The translations under genes were made by a program, and so were the position numbers. From the NCBI GenBank assembly GCA_963707635.1, contig OY970173.1, forward strand, positions 1,248,001-1,312,000: a DNA stretch of 64,000 bases, given 5' to 3'. The notes under the pieces are model-generated. The model saw only the letters and a program-made list of their open reading frames with translations, made no database searches and had not been told where the DNA came from. Shown here one piece after another: positions 55,847 through 64,000 of this stretch. The number at the start of each line of letters is the position of its first letter. Within the stretch, counting starts at the first letter, position 1. Source of the DNA: Candidatus Latescibacterota bacterium (lineage in GTDB: Bacteria; Krumholzibacteriota; Krumholzibacteriia; WVZY01; JAKEHA01).

Positions 55847-57376
55847 ATGATCGGCCATTTCACAGAGGCGTTCAACCAGCTCGTTCGCGAGCGCCGACTG
55901 GACCGGGCGATGGTCCTGGAGAAGTTGACGCAGGCGTTCGCGTCCGCTGTGCGCCGCAAGTACGGCGCCAACGCCGAGGTCCGTATCGAAGACGACGGAC
56001 ACGGCGCGATCGAGCTTTTCCTGATTCGCAACGTCGTCGACACGGTCGAGGACCCGAGCACCCAGATTTCCGTCGCGGACGCCCAGGAGTACGCGGAGGG
56101 CGCCGAAGCGGGCGACGTGATCGAGATCAACCTTCCCTTCGAAGAATTCGGGCGCAACGCCATCCAGGTGGTGAAGCAGATCCTCACCCAGGGAGTCCGC
56201 GAGTTCGAGCGCGACCGCGTCTTCGAGGAGTACAAGGACCGCACCGGTGAAATCGTCTCCGGCAGCGTCCAGCAGGTGGATCGCACCGGCATCCTGGTCA
56301 ACCTGGGCAACGCGGAAGCGTTCATGCCCAAGAAGGACCAGATCCGCCGCGAGCGCTACCAGCAGGGCTCGTCGATACGCGCCGTGGTGATGAAGGTGGA
56401 CAAGGAGGCCAAGGGGCCGATGGTGATGCTCTCGCGCACCAGCCCCGAGTTCCTCAAGGCCCTCTTCACCCAGGAAGTGCCCGAGATCTATGAGGGCCTG
56501 ATCGAAATCAAGAGCATCGCGCGCGAGGCGGGGGGACGCTCCAAGATCGCCGTCTATTCGCGCGACGACCGCGTCGACGCCGTCGGCGCCTGCGTGGGGA
56601 TGAAGGGGTCGCGCGTGCAGGCGGTCGTGAACGAGCTTTCCGGCGAACGCATCGACATTGTCCCGTGGAACGACGACGTCTCGACGTTCATCTCGCGCGC
56701 CCTCTCGCCCGCGAAGATCTCCGGTGTCAAGGCGGACCTGGCCACGAAGTCGGTCATGGTCATCGTGGAAGAGGACCAGCTCTCGCTGGCGATCGGCAAG
56801 GAAGGCCAGAACGTCCGGCTGGCCTCGCGTCTCGCGGGCTGGCAGATCGAACTCGTTTCCTCGCGCCAGCTCGAGCAGCGCCAGCGCTTCCAGGAGCAGC
56901 TGCTCATGCCGATCGAAGAGATGGTCGGCGTCAGCGAGAAGATGGCCGAGAAGCTCCGCGAAGCCGGCATCAACACGGTGCAGAAGCTCATCAAGACATC
57001 CACCGAAGAGTTGCTCGCCATTCCCGGGTTCGGCGAGCGGACGGTGGAGAAGCTCAAGGAGACGGCGCAGGGCACCGTCAAAGAGCTCGAGAAGGCGATG
57101 GAGGAGCTCATCCGCAAGGAGAACGAGGAGAGGGAGCACCTGAAGCAGCAGGAGAAGCCGCTCTTCGACGAAAGTATCCTCGAGGCGGAACCCGAACCCA
57201 AGAAGGAAGAGAAGCCCAGGCTCACGGAGGCCATGCTGTTCCGGGATCCGTCGGAAGTGGAAGCCGAGGCGGAAGCGGAGGCCGCCGCCGAACCGGTCGA
57301 AGCGACCGAAGCGGCGCCGGTTTCGCCTGCGGCCGATACGCCGGCCGAGTCGGAGAACAAGGGCGCGGACGAATAA
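55847..57376 (+). CDS. nusA: transcription termination/antitermination factor NusA
   Basis: FGRNAIQ..KQ, S1 domain, EVPEIYEG, AREAGGRSK, GACVGMKGSRV, AIGKEGQNVRLA. Confidence 0.97.
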   Translation: MIGHFTEAFNQLVRERRLDRAMVLEKLTQAFASAVRRKYGANAEVRIEDDGHGAIELFLIRNVVDTVEDPSTQISVADAQEYAEGAEAGDVIEINLPFEEFGRNAIQVVKQILTQGVREFERDRVFEEYKDRTGEIVSGSVQQVDRTGILVNLGNAEAFMPKKDQIRRERYQQGSSIRAVVMKVDKEAKGPMVMLSRTSPEFLKALFTQEVPEIYEGLIEIKSIAREAGGRSKIAVYSRDDRVDAVGACVGMKGSRVQAVVNELSGERIDIVPWNDDVSTFISRALSPAKISGVKADLATKSVMVIVEEDQLSLAIGKEGQNVRLASRLAGWQIELVSSRQLEQRQRFQEQLLMPIEEMVGVSEKMAEKLREAGINTVQKLIKTSTEELLAIPGFGERTVEKLKETAQGTVKELEKAMEELIRKENEEREHLKQQEKPLFDESILEAEPEPKKEEKPRLTEAMLFRDPSEVEAEAEAEAAAEPVEATEAAPVSPAADTPAESENKGADE

Positions 57377-59905
57377 ATGCGAATTCAAGAACTCGCCAAG
57401 AAGTACAACGTCACCGCCGAAGAACTGATCGCCCTCCTGAAGAAGGCGGGCCACAGCGTTTCGAGCACGACGGGTGTGATCGACTACGACATGTTGACCG
57501 CGCTCGACCGGCACTTCGCGTGGTCGAACACGGCCACCAAGAAGACGGCGAAGAAGTCCTCGGCGGCGGCGAAGAAGAAGGCGGGCAAGACGGTGGCGGT
57601 CGAGGAGGCTCCCGCCGCCAAGACGAAGGTCAAGCTGCGCAAGGCGCACGTCCCCGAGCCCGAACCGGCGCCGGCGCCGGAGAAGCCCAAGGTCAAGCTG
57701 GCGAAGGCGGTCAAGACCGCCGTCGCGGCGCCCGAGCCTGCGCCCGCACCCGCGAAGGCGGAATCGGCGAAAGCGGAAGCCCCGAAGGTCGAGGCCAAGA
57801 AGGAAGCGGCGAAAAAGGGGAAAGCGGCTGCGGAAGCCGCCGCGAAACCGGCGAAGAAGCCCGCCGGCGAAGAGCACCGGCCCGCGCCCAAGATTCCGCG
57901 GACCAAGACGCCGAGCGCGCTCGACGAGTTGTCGAAGGGTCCGCTCGATGTGCCGCTGATCGCCACCGAACCCGATACCCGCGAAGAGCTCGACCAGTGG
58001 ATGACCGCCGAGGCAGAGGCGCGACGGTTGGGCATCGCCAAGACGGCGGCCGCGGACCAGGTGCGCGAGAGCGTGCGCCGCACGCTGGCGAAGCTCGAAA
58101 CGACACGAAAATCGAAACGCCGCAAGACGCGGGGACCTGTGGAACCGGTCGCACTCCCGCCCGTGCGCGTGCCCGAGGGGGCCACGCCGGCGGTGCTCGC
58201 CGCTGCGCTGGGGATCGCCGTCGAAGACGTGCTCACGCGCGTCGCGCGGCTGGACATCGAAGCCGCGCCGGCCACCGCCCTGGGCCGCGAAGCGATCGAG
58301 CTGGTCGCGGAGGAACTGGGCCGCCACGTCGACGTCGAGGCTGCCTACGGCGAAACCCAGCTCAAGATCGACGCGCAGATCGACCCGGCCAAGCTCGCGC
58401 CCCGCGCGCCGGTCGTCACCATCATGGGTCACGTCGACCACGGCAAGACCTCGATCCTCGACTACATCCGCAAGGCGAACGTGGCCGCGGGCGAAGCGGG
58501 CGGCATCACGCAGCACGTCGGCGCCTACGAGGCCACGCTGCCGGCCGGCAAGATCACGTTCATCGACACGCCCGGCCACCAGGCGTTCACCGCCATGCGG
58601 GCGCGCGGTTCGAAGATCACCGACATCGTCGTGCTGGTGGTCGCGGCCGACGACGGTGTCATGCCCCAGACCATCGAGGCCATCAATCACACGCGGGCGG
58701 CGAAGGTGCCGATGATCGTCGCGATCAACAAGTCGGACCTGCCCAGCGCGAATCCGGCGAACGTCAAGCAGCAGCTCACGCAGCAGAGCGTGCTGGTCGA
58801 AGACTTCGGCGGCGACGTCGTGTCGGTGGAGATTTCGGCCCGCACCGGCAAGGGCATCGACAAGCTGCTCGAGATGATCCTGCTCCAGGCCGAGCTCGCG
58901 GAGCTCAAGGCCGACCCGACCGCACCCGCCCAGGGCGTGGTGGTGGAGGTGCGCAAGGAGGAGGGTCGCGGCATTCTCGTCACCGCGCTGATTCAGCAGG
59001 GGACGCTGCGCCTCGGCGACGTGTTCGTCGTGGGCAGCGAGTACGGCAAGGTGCGCTCGCTGTTCGACCACGCCGGCAAGGCGATCCGGCAGGCGGGGCC
59101 TTCTGTCCCGGTGGTCGTGCTGGGGCTCGACGGCCTGCCGGAGCCGGGCGACACGCTGATCGCGGTCAAGAACGAGCGCGAGGCGCGCGAGATCGCGCTC
59201 AAGCGCCAGGAGGTGCTGCGCCACAAGGGGCTCCAGCCCACCAAGGCGCTGACCCTCGAGGACCTCTACTCGCAGATCCAGGGCGGCGAGGTCAAGGAGC
59301 TCAACATCATCGTCAAGGGCGACACCAACGGCTCGGTGGAGGCGCTGCGCGACAGCCTGGCGCCGATGACCATCGAGTCCATCAAGATCAACGTCGTGCA
59401 CGCCGCGGTCGGCAACGTCTCCGACTCCGACATGCTGCTGGCGCAGAGCACGAACGCGCTGGTGATCGCGTTCAACACCAAGGTGACGCCGAGCGCGAAG
59501 GAGATCGCGAAGCTCAAGGGCATCGAGATCCGCAGCTACCAGATTATTTATGAGGTCATCGAGGACATCGACAAGGCCATGAAGGGAATGCTCGCTCCCG
59601 TGTTCGTCGAGCGCGTGCTCGGCCGCGCCGAGGTGCGCAAGCTCTTCCGCGTGACCCGTCTCGGCACCATCGCGGGCTCGATGGTGGTCGAGGGGTCGAT
59701 CGTCCGCAACGCCAACGCGCGCGTGCTTCGCGACGGCGAACTGATTTTTACCGGGAAGATTGCGTCGCTAAAACGCTTCCAGGACGACGCGCGCGAAGTG
59801 AACCAGAACTTCGAGTGCGGTATCGGGCTGGCGGGGTTCGACAACCTCATCGAGCGCGACATTATCGAAGCCTACGTCGTCGAAGAGAAGGCTCGCGTGT
59901 TCTAG
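57377..59905 (+). CDS. infB: translation initiation factor IF-2
   Basis: [43 protein letters not shown]. Confidence 0.98.
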   Translation: MRIQELAKKYNVTAEELIALLKKAGHSVSSTTGVIDYDMLTALDRHFAWSNTATKKTAKKSSAAAKKKAGKTVAVEEAPAAKTKVKLRKAHVPEPEPAPAPEKPKVKLAKAVKTAVAAPEPAPAPAKAESAKAEAPKVEAKKEAAKKGKAAAEAAAKPAKKPAGEEHRPAPKIPRTKTPSALDELSKGPLDVPLIATEPDTREELDQWMTAEAEARRLGIAKTAAADQVRESVRRTLAKLETTRKSKRRKTRGPVEPVALPPVRVPEGATPAVLAAALGIAVEDVLTRVARLDIEAAPATALGREAIELVAEELGRHVDVEAAYGETQLKIDAQIDPAKLAPRAPVVTIMGHVDHGKTSILDYIRKANVAAGEAGGITQHVGAYEATLPAGKITFIDTPGHQAFTAMRARGSKITDIVVLVVAADDGVMPQTIEAINHTRAAKVPMIVAINKSDLPSANPANVKQQLTQQSVLVEDFGGDVVSVEISARTGKGIDKLLEMILLQAELAELKADPTAPAQGVVVEVRKEEGRGILVTALIQQGTLRLGDVFVVGSEYGKVRSLFDHAGKAIRQAGPSVPVVVLGLDGLPEPGDTLIAVKNEREAREIALKRQEVLRHKGLQPTKALTLEDLYSQIQGGEVKELNIIVKGDTNGSVEALRDSLAPMTIESIKINVVHAAVGNVSDSDMLLAQSTNALVIAFNTKVTPSAKEIAKLKGIEIRSYQIIYEVIEDIDKAMKGMLAPVFVERVLGRAEVRKLFRVTRLGTIAGSMVVEGSIVRNANARVLRDGELIFTGKIASLKRFQDDAREVNQNFECGIGLAGFDNLIERDIIEAYVVEEKARVF

Positions 59906-59949
59906 GCGGACGAAGCCCGTGAGGCCGGCGAAATGCCGGGCGACCTCTG

Positions 59950-60231
59950 ATGTTCGTCAAACTACTGACCGTCGACCTGCTGATACCCGGCTGCTCCTCT
60001 CTCAAAGAAAAGCGTTTCGTGCTCTCGAGCCTCAAGGCCCGGTTGCGGGGCCGGTTCAACGCGTCCGTGGCCGAGGTCGACTATCAGGACAAGTGGCAGC
60101 GCTGCCTGATCGCGATCGCGATCGTGGGCGCGGACCACGGAGCGGTGGACGGGACCTGCGCGCAGGTTCGCCGTTTCATCGAGGGCGATCGCCGCGTGGA
60201 AGTAGCGGACGCGCTGGAGGAGTTCCGGTAG
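59950..60231 (+). CDS. DUF503 (YlxP-like) protein
   Basis: SLKEKR, FNASVAEVDYQDKWQR; usual position between infB and rbfA. Confidence 0.9.
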   Translation: MFVKLLTVDLLIPGCSSLKEKRFVLSSLKARLRGRFNASVAEVDYQDKWQRCLIAIAIVGADHGAVDGTCAQVRRFIEGDRRVEVADALEEFR

Positions 60232-60237
60232 GCACCT

Positions 60238-60433
60238 GGCAGGCGATATATCGGACTCCGCGCTCATGCGCTCGCGCGCACAAGTTGGTACGCGCGACTC
60301 GCGAAATCGCGCTTCGCCCGATATATCGCCTGCCCGATGGCGGGGATGCACTCCCTCAGACGCCAATCCGCAGTCGCGCATATCAACATGTGCGCGGGAG
60401 GACGGCGGCAGAGGGAGTGCATCCCAGCCGCCA
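60238..60433 (+). repeat. intergenic hairpin repeat, family I copy C (modules 1+2)
   Basis: Perfect 17-bp ends GGCAGGCGATATATCGG / CCGATATATCGCCTGCC (60238-60334); module 2 has a perfect 15-bp GGGATGCACTCCCTC / GAGGGAGTGCATCCC stem. Confidence 0.92.
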
Positions 60434-60451
60434 ACAAAGAGGACTGAGAGA

Positions 60452-60847
60452 ATGGCCAGATCAAGTCATAGACTCGAGCGCATCAACGCGATCATCAAGG
60501 AAGTCTTGAGCGAGATCGTGCTCAAAGAGGTCAAGGACCCGCGCGTCGGGCTCGTGACCATCGTGGGCGTGCGCGTGGCGCCCGACCTGTCGAGCGCGAA
60601 GGTGTTTTTCAGCGTGATGGGCGACGAGGCGCAGCGCCAGCTCACCGCCAAGGTGCTGCGCGGGGCCAGCGGCTACATGCGCCACGTGATCGCGGACGAA
60701 ATCGACGTGCGCACCGCGCCCGAGCTGCACTGGCAGTACGACGACTCGCTCGATCGCGCCTTCCGCATTGCGGAGATCCTCAAGGAGACCGGGACGACGC
60801 CGGACGTCGTCGCCGACGACGACGAGAAGGAACCGAAGTCCACGTGA
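60452..60847 (+). CDS. rbfA: 30S ribosome-binding factor A
   Basis: R.ER....IK, VKDPR, V.V.PDLS.AKVF, R..PEL...YD.S. Confidence 0.95.
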   Translation: MARSSHRLERINAIIKEVLSEIVLKEVKDPRVGLVTIVGVRVAPDLSSAKVFFSVMGDEAQRQLTAKVLRGASGYMRHVIADEIDVRTAPELHWQYDDSLDRAFRIAEILKETGTTPDVVADDDEKEPKST

Positions 60848-61809
60848 ACCGATTCGACAACCGCGTGTTCGTGGTCGACAAGGCCGCCGGCCCGACCTCG
60901 TTCGAGGTGGTGGCGGCCATGCGCCGTGTGACCGGGCTGCGCAAGGTGGGACACGCGGGCACACTCGACCCGCTCGCGCGCGGCGTATTGCTCGTGTGCA
61001 CCGGTCATGCGACGCGCGCGGTCGAACACTTCATGGACCTCGAGAAGGAATACGAGTTCGACGTGCTGCTCGGCGTCGAAACCACCACCCTCGACGCCGA
61101 GGGCGAGGTGGTCCGCCAAGCCCCGGTGCCCGACCTGTCGCTGGAGACGCTCCGCGAGGCAGGGGGCGGGTTTGTCGGCGACTACACCCTCACCCCGCCC
61201 GCGTTCTCCGCGCTCAAGCGGCGCGGGCAGCGATTCTACGCCCTGGCGCGGGCGGGCGAGGTCGCGGAGACGGCCGCGCCCCGGCGCGTGAAGATCTACG
61301 GGTTCGACGTTCTCTCCGCGGCGCTTCCGCACGTGCGCTGCGTGGTGCGCTGTTCGCGCGGCACCTATGTGCGCTCGCTGGCCAAGGACTTCGGCGCGAA
61401 GCTCGGGCTGCCGGCGTCGATTGCCACCCTCATGCGCCGCCGCATCGGTCCGTTCGCGCTGGCGGAGGCGTTTCCGTCGGAGAAGCTGGTCCCCTCGCAC
61501 GCGGACGAGCTCGCCGGCCACACCCTCGACGACGCGCTCGCGTTTCTCCCCGGCGTGGTGCTGACCGCCCGCGCGGCCACGCTCCTCAAGTTCGGTGTGC
61601 TTCCGCTGCGCCAGGACGTGATCGAAGTCGTGGGCGTGCCGCGCCCGGGTGCGCTCCGCCTCCTCGACGAGTCGCGCACGCTGGTCGCGGTGGGCACGCG
61701 CGAGGGCGAACGCGCGAAGGATCCGCTGCGCCTGGTCGACTCCTTCCGGCTCTACGTCGACAACGACGCCGACGAACCGGTGGCGCGCGTGGCGCGCCGG
61801 GTGGAGTAG
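60844..61809 (+). CDS. truB: tRNA pseudouridine(55) synthase
   Basis: DKAAGPTS, KVGHAGTLDPLA.GVL, PP.FSALK..G, CSRGTYVRSL. Confidence 0.96.
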   Translation: MNRFDNRVFVVDKAAGPTSFEVVAAMRRVTGLRKVGHAGTLDPLARGVLLVCTGHATRAVEHFMDLEKEYEFDVLLGVETTTLDAEGEVVRQAPVPDLSLETLREAGGGFVGDYTLTPPAFSALKRRGQRFYALARAGEVAETAAPRRVKIYGFDVLSAALPHVRCVVRCSRGTYVRSLAKDFGAKLGLPASIATLMRRRIGPFALAEAFPSEKLVPSHADELAGHTLDDALAFLPGVVLTARAATLLKFGVLPLRQDVIEVVGVPRPGALRLLDESRTLVAVGTREGERAKDPLRLVDSFRLYVDNDADEPVARVARRVE

Positions 61810-62759
61810 TGTTGGCGCTCAAGGTCGCGCGCAACCTCGACGAGCTACGCGCCCACGCCCCGCGCGAAAGCGCCGCGACCATCGGCGTATTCGACGGTGT
61901 GCACCGCGGCCACGCCGCGACCCTCGAGGCGCTGGTGGCGCGACGAGCCGCCGGCGCGGTCGACAGCGCGTGGGCGATCACATTCGACCCGCACCCACTC
62001 GCGGTCACGCACTCGCGCGCGATCCCGCCCATTCTCTCGACCATCGACGAGCGCATCGAGCTGCTGTCGAAGTCTTCGCTCGACGGCGTCTTCGTGCTTC
62101 ACTTCGACGAAGCGACGGCGAAGATCACCTACCAGGACTTCATCCAGCGCTTCTTTCTCGACGCGCTGGATATGCGCGAGCTGGTGATCGGCTACGACTG
62201 CCACTTCGGGCACCGGCGCGAGGGAAGCCCGGGGCGCGTCGCAGAGGAAGGCGCGCGCCGCGGATTCGGCGTCACCGTGGTCCCGCCGCTGCGCGTCGAG
62301 GGCGAGGTCGTCTCGAGCACGGCGATTCGCCAGGCGCTGCACGCCGCCGACCTGGACCGCGCCAATCGCCTGCTCGGCCACCCGTACCTCGTCCGCGGCA
62401 AAGTGGTCGAGGGGCAGGGGCGCGGGCGCGACCTCGGGTTTCCAACCGCCAACCTCGCCGTCGCCGACCCGCTGAAACTGTGGCCACCGGACGGCGTGTA
62501 TGCGGTTCGCGTCGGGTGGAAAGGCTACATCCATGAAGGGATGATGAATATCGGGCGCTCGCCCACCATGAAGCGGATCGAAAAGAGCGAGATCGAGGTC
62601 CACATATTCGACTTCGGTCACCATATCTACGGCGATGAAATCTCGGTGTATTGCGAGGCGTACCTCCGGCCGGAGCAGCGCTTCGCCACGGTGGCAGGGC
62701 TGATCGAACAGCTCAACGCCGACCGCCGGGAGGCCCGGGAACGCCTCGCCCGGCTCTAG
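61809..62759 (+). CDS. ribF: bifunctional riboflavin kinase / FAD synthetase
   Basis: [49 protein letters not shown]. Confidence 0.96.
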   Translation: MLALKVARNLDELRAHAPRESAATIGVFDGVHRGHAATLEALVARRAAGAVDSAWAITFDPHPLAVTHSRAIPPILSTIDERIELLSKSSLDGVFVLHFDEATAKITYQDFIQRFFLDALDMRELVIGYDCHFGHRREGSPGRVAEEGARRGFGVTVVPPLRVEGEVVSSTAIRQALHAADLDRANRLLGHPYLVRGKVVEGQGRGRDLGFPTANLAVADPLKLWPPDGVYAVRVGWKGYIHEGMMNIGRSPTMKRIEKSEIEVHIFDFGHHIYGDEISVYCEAYLRPEQRFATVAGLIEQLNADRREARERLARL

Positions 62760-62780
62760 GAGCCCCTGCACATTTGTTGC

Positions 62781-62809
62781 TTTACACCCCCGGAGGGGTG
62801 TGTTAGGGT
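62781..62809 (+). promoter_or_regulatory. sigma70-type promoter for rpsO
   Basis: TTTACA-N17-TAGGGT with extended -10 TG. Confidence 0.55.
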
Positions 62810-62822
62810 ACGCCGCAAGTCG

Positions 62823-62880
62823 GCGGCCGACCGGAAGGTCGGCTGCAGCCATCGTGTCGCGTACCGATGTACGAGGAGGT
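62823..62880 (+). promoter_or_regulatory. structured rpsO leader (candidate S15 autoregulatory element)
   Basis: GCGGCCGACC-GGAA-GGTCGGCTGC hairpin with a GNRA loop, plus a second weaker hairpin abutting the GGAGGT SD. Confidence 0.4.
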
Positions 62881-62889
62881 GATCAGACG

Positions 62890-63159
62890 ATGGCAATGAC
62901 TCCCGATCAGAAGCGGGATATTATTGGAAAATACAAGCTCCACGACAAGGACTCCGGCTCGGCCGAAGTTCAGATTGCTCTCCTCACTGAGCGAATCCGG
63001 ATGCTCACGGACCACTTTCAGGTCCACAAGAAGGACCACGCGTCCCGTCGCGGCCTATTGCAGATGGTCGGGCGGCGCAGAAAGCTCCTGGACTATCTGA
63101 AGAACAAGAAGATCGAAAGCTACCGCGAGATGATCAAGCAGCTCAACCTGCGCAAGTAG
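62890..63159 (+). CDS. rpsO: 30S ribosomal protein S15
   Basis: [37 protein letters not shown]. Confidence 0.98.
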   Translation: MAMTPDQKRDIIGKYKLHDKDSGSAEVQIALLTERIRMLTDHFQVHKKDHASRRGLLQMVGRRRKLLDYLKNKKIESYREMIKQLNLRK

Positions 63160-63266
63160 TTCTTTTTTTTACAGAACCCCTTTGCCGGTCGAACTTCGAT
63201 TCCTCACGGGCGCGTGCCTAGAGCGCGCGTATACCATGGGCCCTCATAGGCAGGTTTGATAACACG

Positions 63267-64000
63267 ATGACAAGTCATACAGTGACCCGAACAATTAACG
63301 GCCAGACCTTCGCGCTCGAAACCGGGCGCATGGCCAAACAAGCCGACGGCGCCGTCGTCGTGCGCATGGGCGACACGATGGTGCTGGTGGCGGTGGTGGC
63401 GGCCCAGAAGAAGACGGATCGTGACTTCTTTCCGCTCACCGTCGAATACCGCGAGAAGTTCTACGCCTCCGGCCGGATCCCCGGCGGGTTCTTCAAGCGC
63501 GAGGGGCGCCCCGGAGAGCGGGAGACGTTGACCTCGCGGCTGATCGACCGCCCGCTGCGTCCGCTCTTCGACAAGCATTTCATGTGCGAGACGCAGGTGA
63601 TCGCGACGCCGATCAGCTACGACAGCCAGAACTCACCCGACGTGCTCAGCATCGTCGGCGCCTCCGCGGCGCTGGCCCTTTCCGACATTCCGTTCACCGA
63701 CTTCGTGTCGGGTGTGCGCGTCGGCCGCGTGGAGGGGGCGTTCGTCGCCAACCCCACCGTCGAGCAGATGGAAACGAGCGATATGGACATCATCATCGCC
63801 GGCACCGACGACGCCGTCATGATGGTCGAAGGCGGCTGCGCCGAAGTGAGCGAGTCGCAGATGCTGGCGGCGGTCCGTTTCGGCCACGAAGAGATCAAGC
63901 GGCTCAACGCGCTCCAGCGCGAGTTGGTGGGCAAGGCCGGTGCGAAGCCGAAGCGCGTGGTGGAGGTCCCCGAGCGCCTGCACGAGCTCGACGGCAAGAT
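63267..64000 (+). CDS. pnp: polyribonucleotide nucleotidyltransferase (PNPase), truncated by the window end
   Basis: Manual translation gives MTSHTVTRTINGQTFALETGRMAKQADGAVVV..., DFFPLTVEYRE, GRIPGGFFKREGRP, RLIDRPLRP. Confidence 0.96.
   Translation, partial: MTSHTVTRTINGQTFALETGRMAKQADGAVVVRMGDTMVLVAVVAAQKKTDRDFFPLTVEYREKFYASGRIPGGFFKREGRPGERETLTSRLIDRPLRPLFDKHFMCETQVIATPISYDSQNSPDVLSIVGASAALALSDIPFTDFVSGVRVGRVEGAFVANPTVEQMETSDMDIIIAGTDDAVMMVEGGCAEVSESQMLAAVRFGHEEIKRLNALQRELVGKAGAKPKRVVEVPERLHELDGK

Noticed and set aside
57530..57900. Ala/Lys/Pro low-complexity repeats in the IF-2 N-terminus (also the acidic NusA tail and the KKDD linker in tricorn)
   Set aside because: Ordinary variable linkers for these families.
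60266..60451. Repeat-encoded peptide MRSRAQVGTRDSRNR... in frame with rbfA, with similar ORFs at 38717 and 55006
   Set aside because: The similarity only reflects the DNA repeat; rbfA has its own RBS and ATG at 60452, and copy B has an indel relative to the others.

Overview
GC-rich bacterial chromosome segment, mostly housekeeping operons on the + strand. In order: purine biosynthesis (purB, purL, frameshifted purQ, a probable fused double-PurS, purF); rne/rng; rplU-rpmA; a Kdo/LPS cluster (kdsB-pyrG-kdsA-kdsD-lpxL-lptC-lptB) running into rpoN-hpf-hprK and a complete mannose-family PTS with HPr and EI; pgi/pmi; a nucleotidyltransferase; metK-ahcY; lptF-lptG-GWxTD (minus strand); a ~2080-aa SprA-like T9SS translocon followed by a glutaminyl-cyclase-like M28 lipoprotein; and rimP-nusA-infB-DUF503-rbfA-truB-ribF-rpsO-pnp. 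Accessory genes include two arylsulfatases, a tricorn protease, SodC, MPG, a DUF222-like HNH endonuclease and secreted proteins with C-terminal tails. Gene content suggests a non-Bacteroidota FCB-group organism such as Krumholzibacteriota or Latescibacterota (inference). Most notable observations: (1) a modular intergenic repeat family of long hairpins with compensatory base changes, in 3 copies, each starting just after a stop codon; (2) a second 2-copy element, one copy in the metK leader; (3) a divergent T9SS-like export system with two kinds of C-terminal signal (FlgD/T9SS-like CTD and a short 'TWGRIKALYR' tail) plus an apparent N-terminal Gln 'Q-rule'; (4) a sigma54 site overlapping the promoter of the operon containing rpoN. 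All calls are by eye from the sequence and ORF track; no database searches or folding programs were run.
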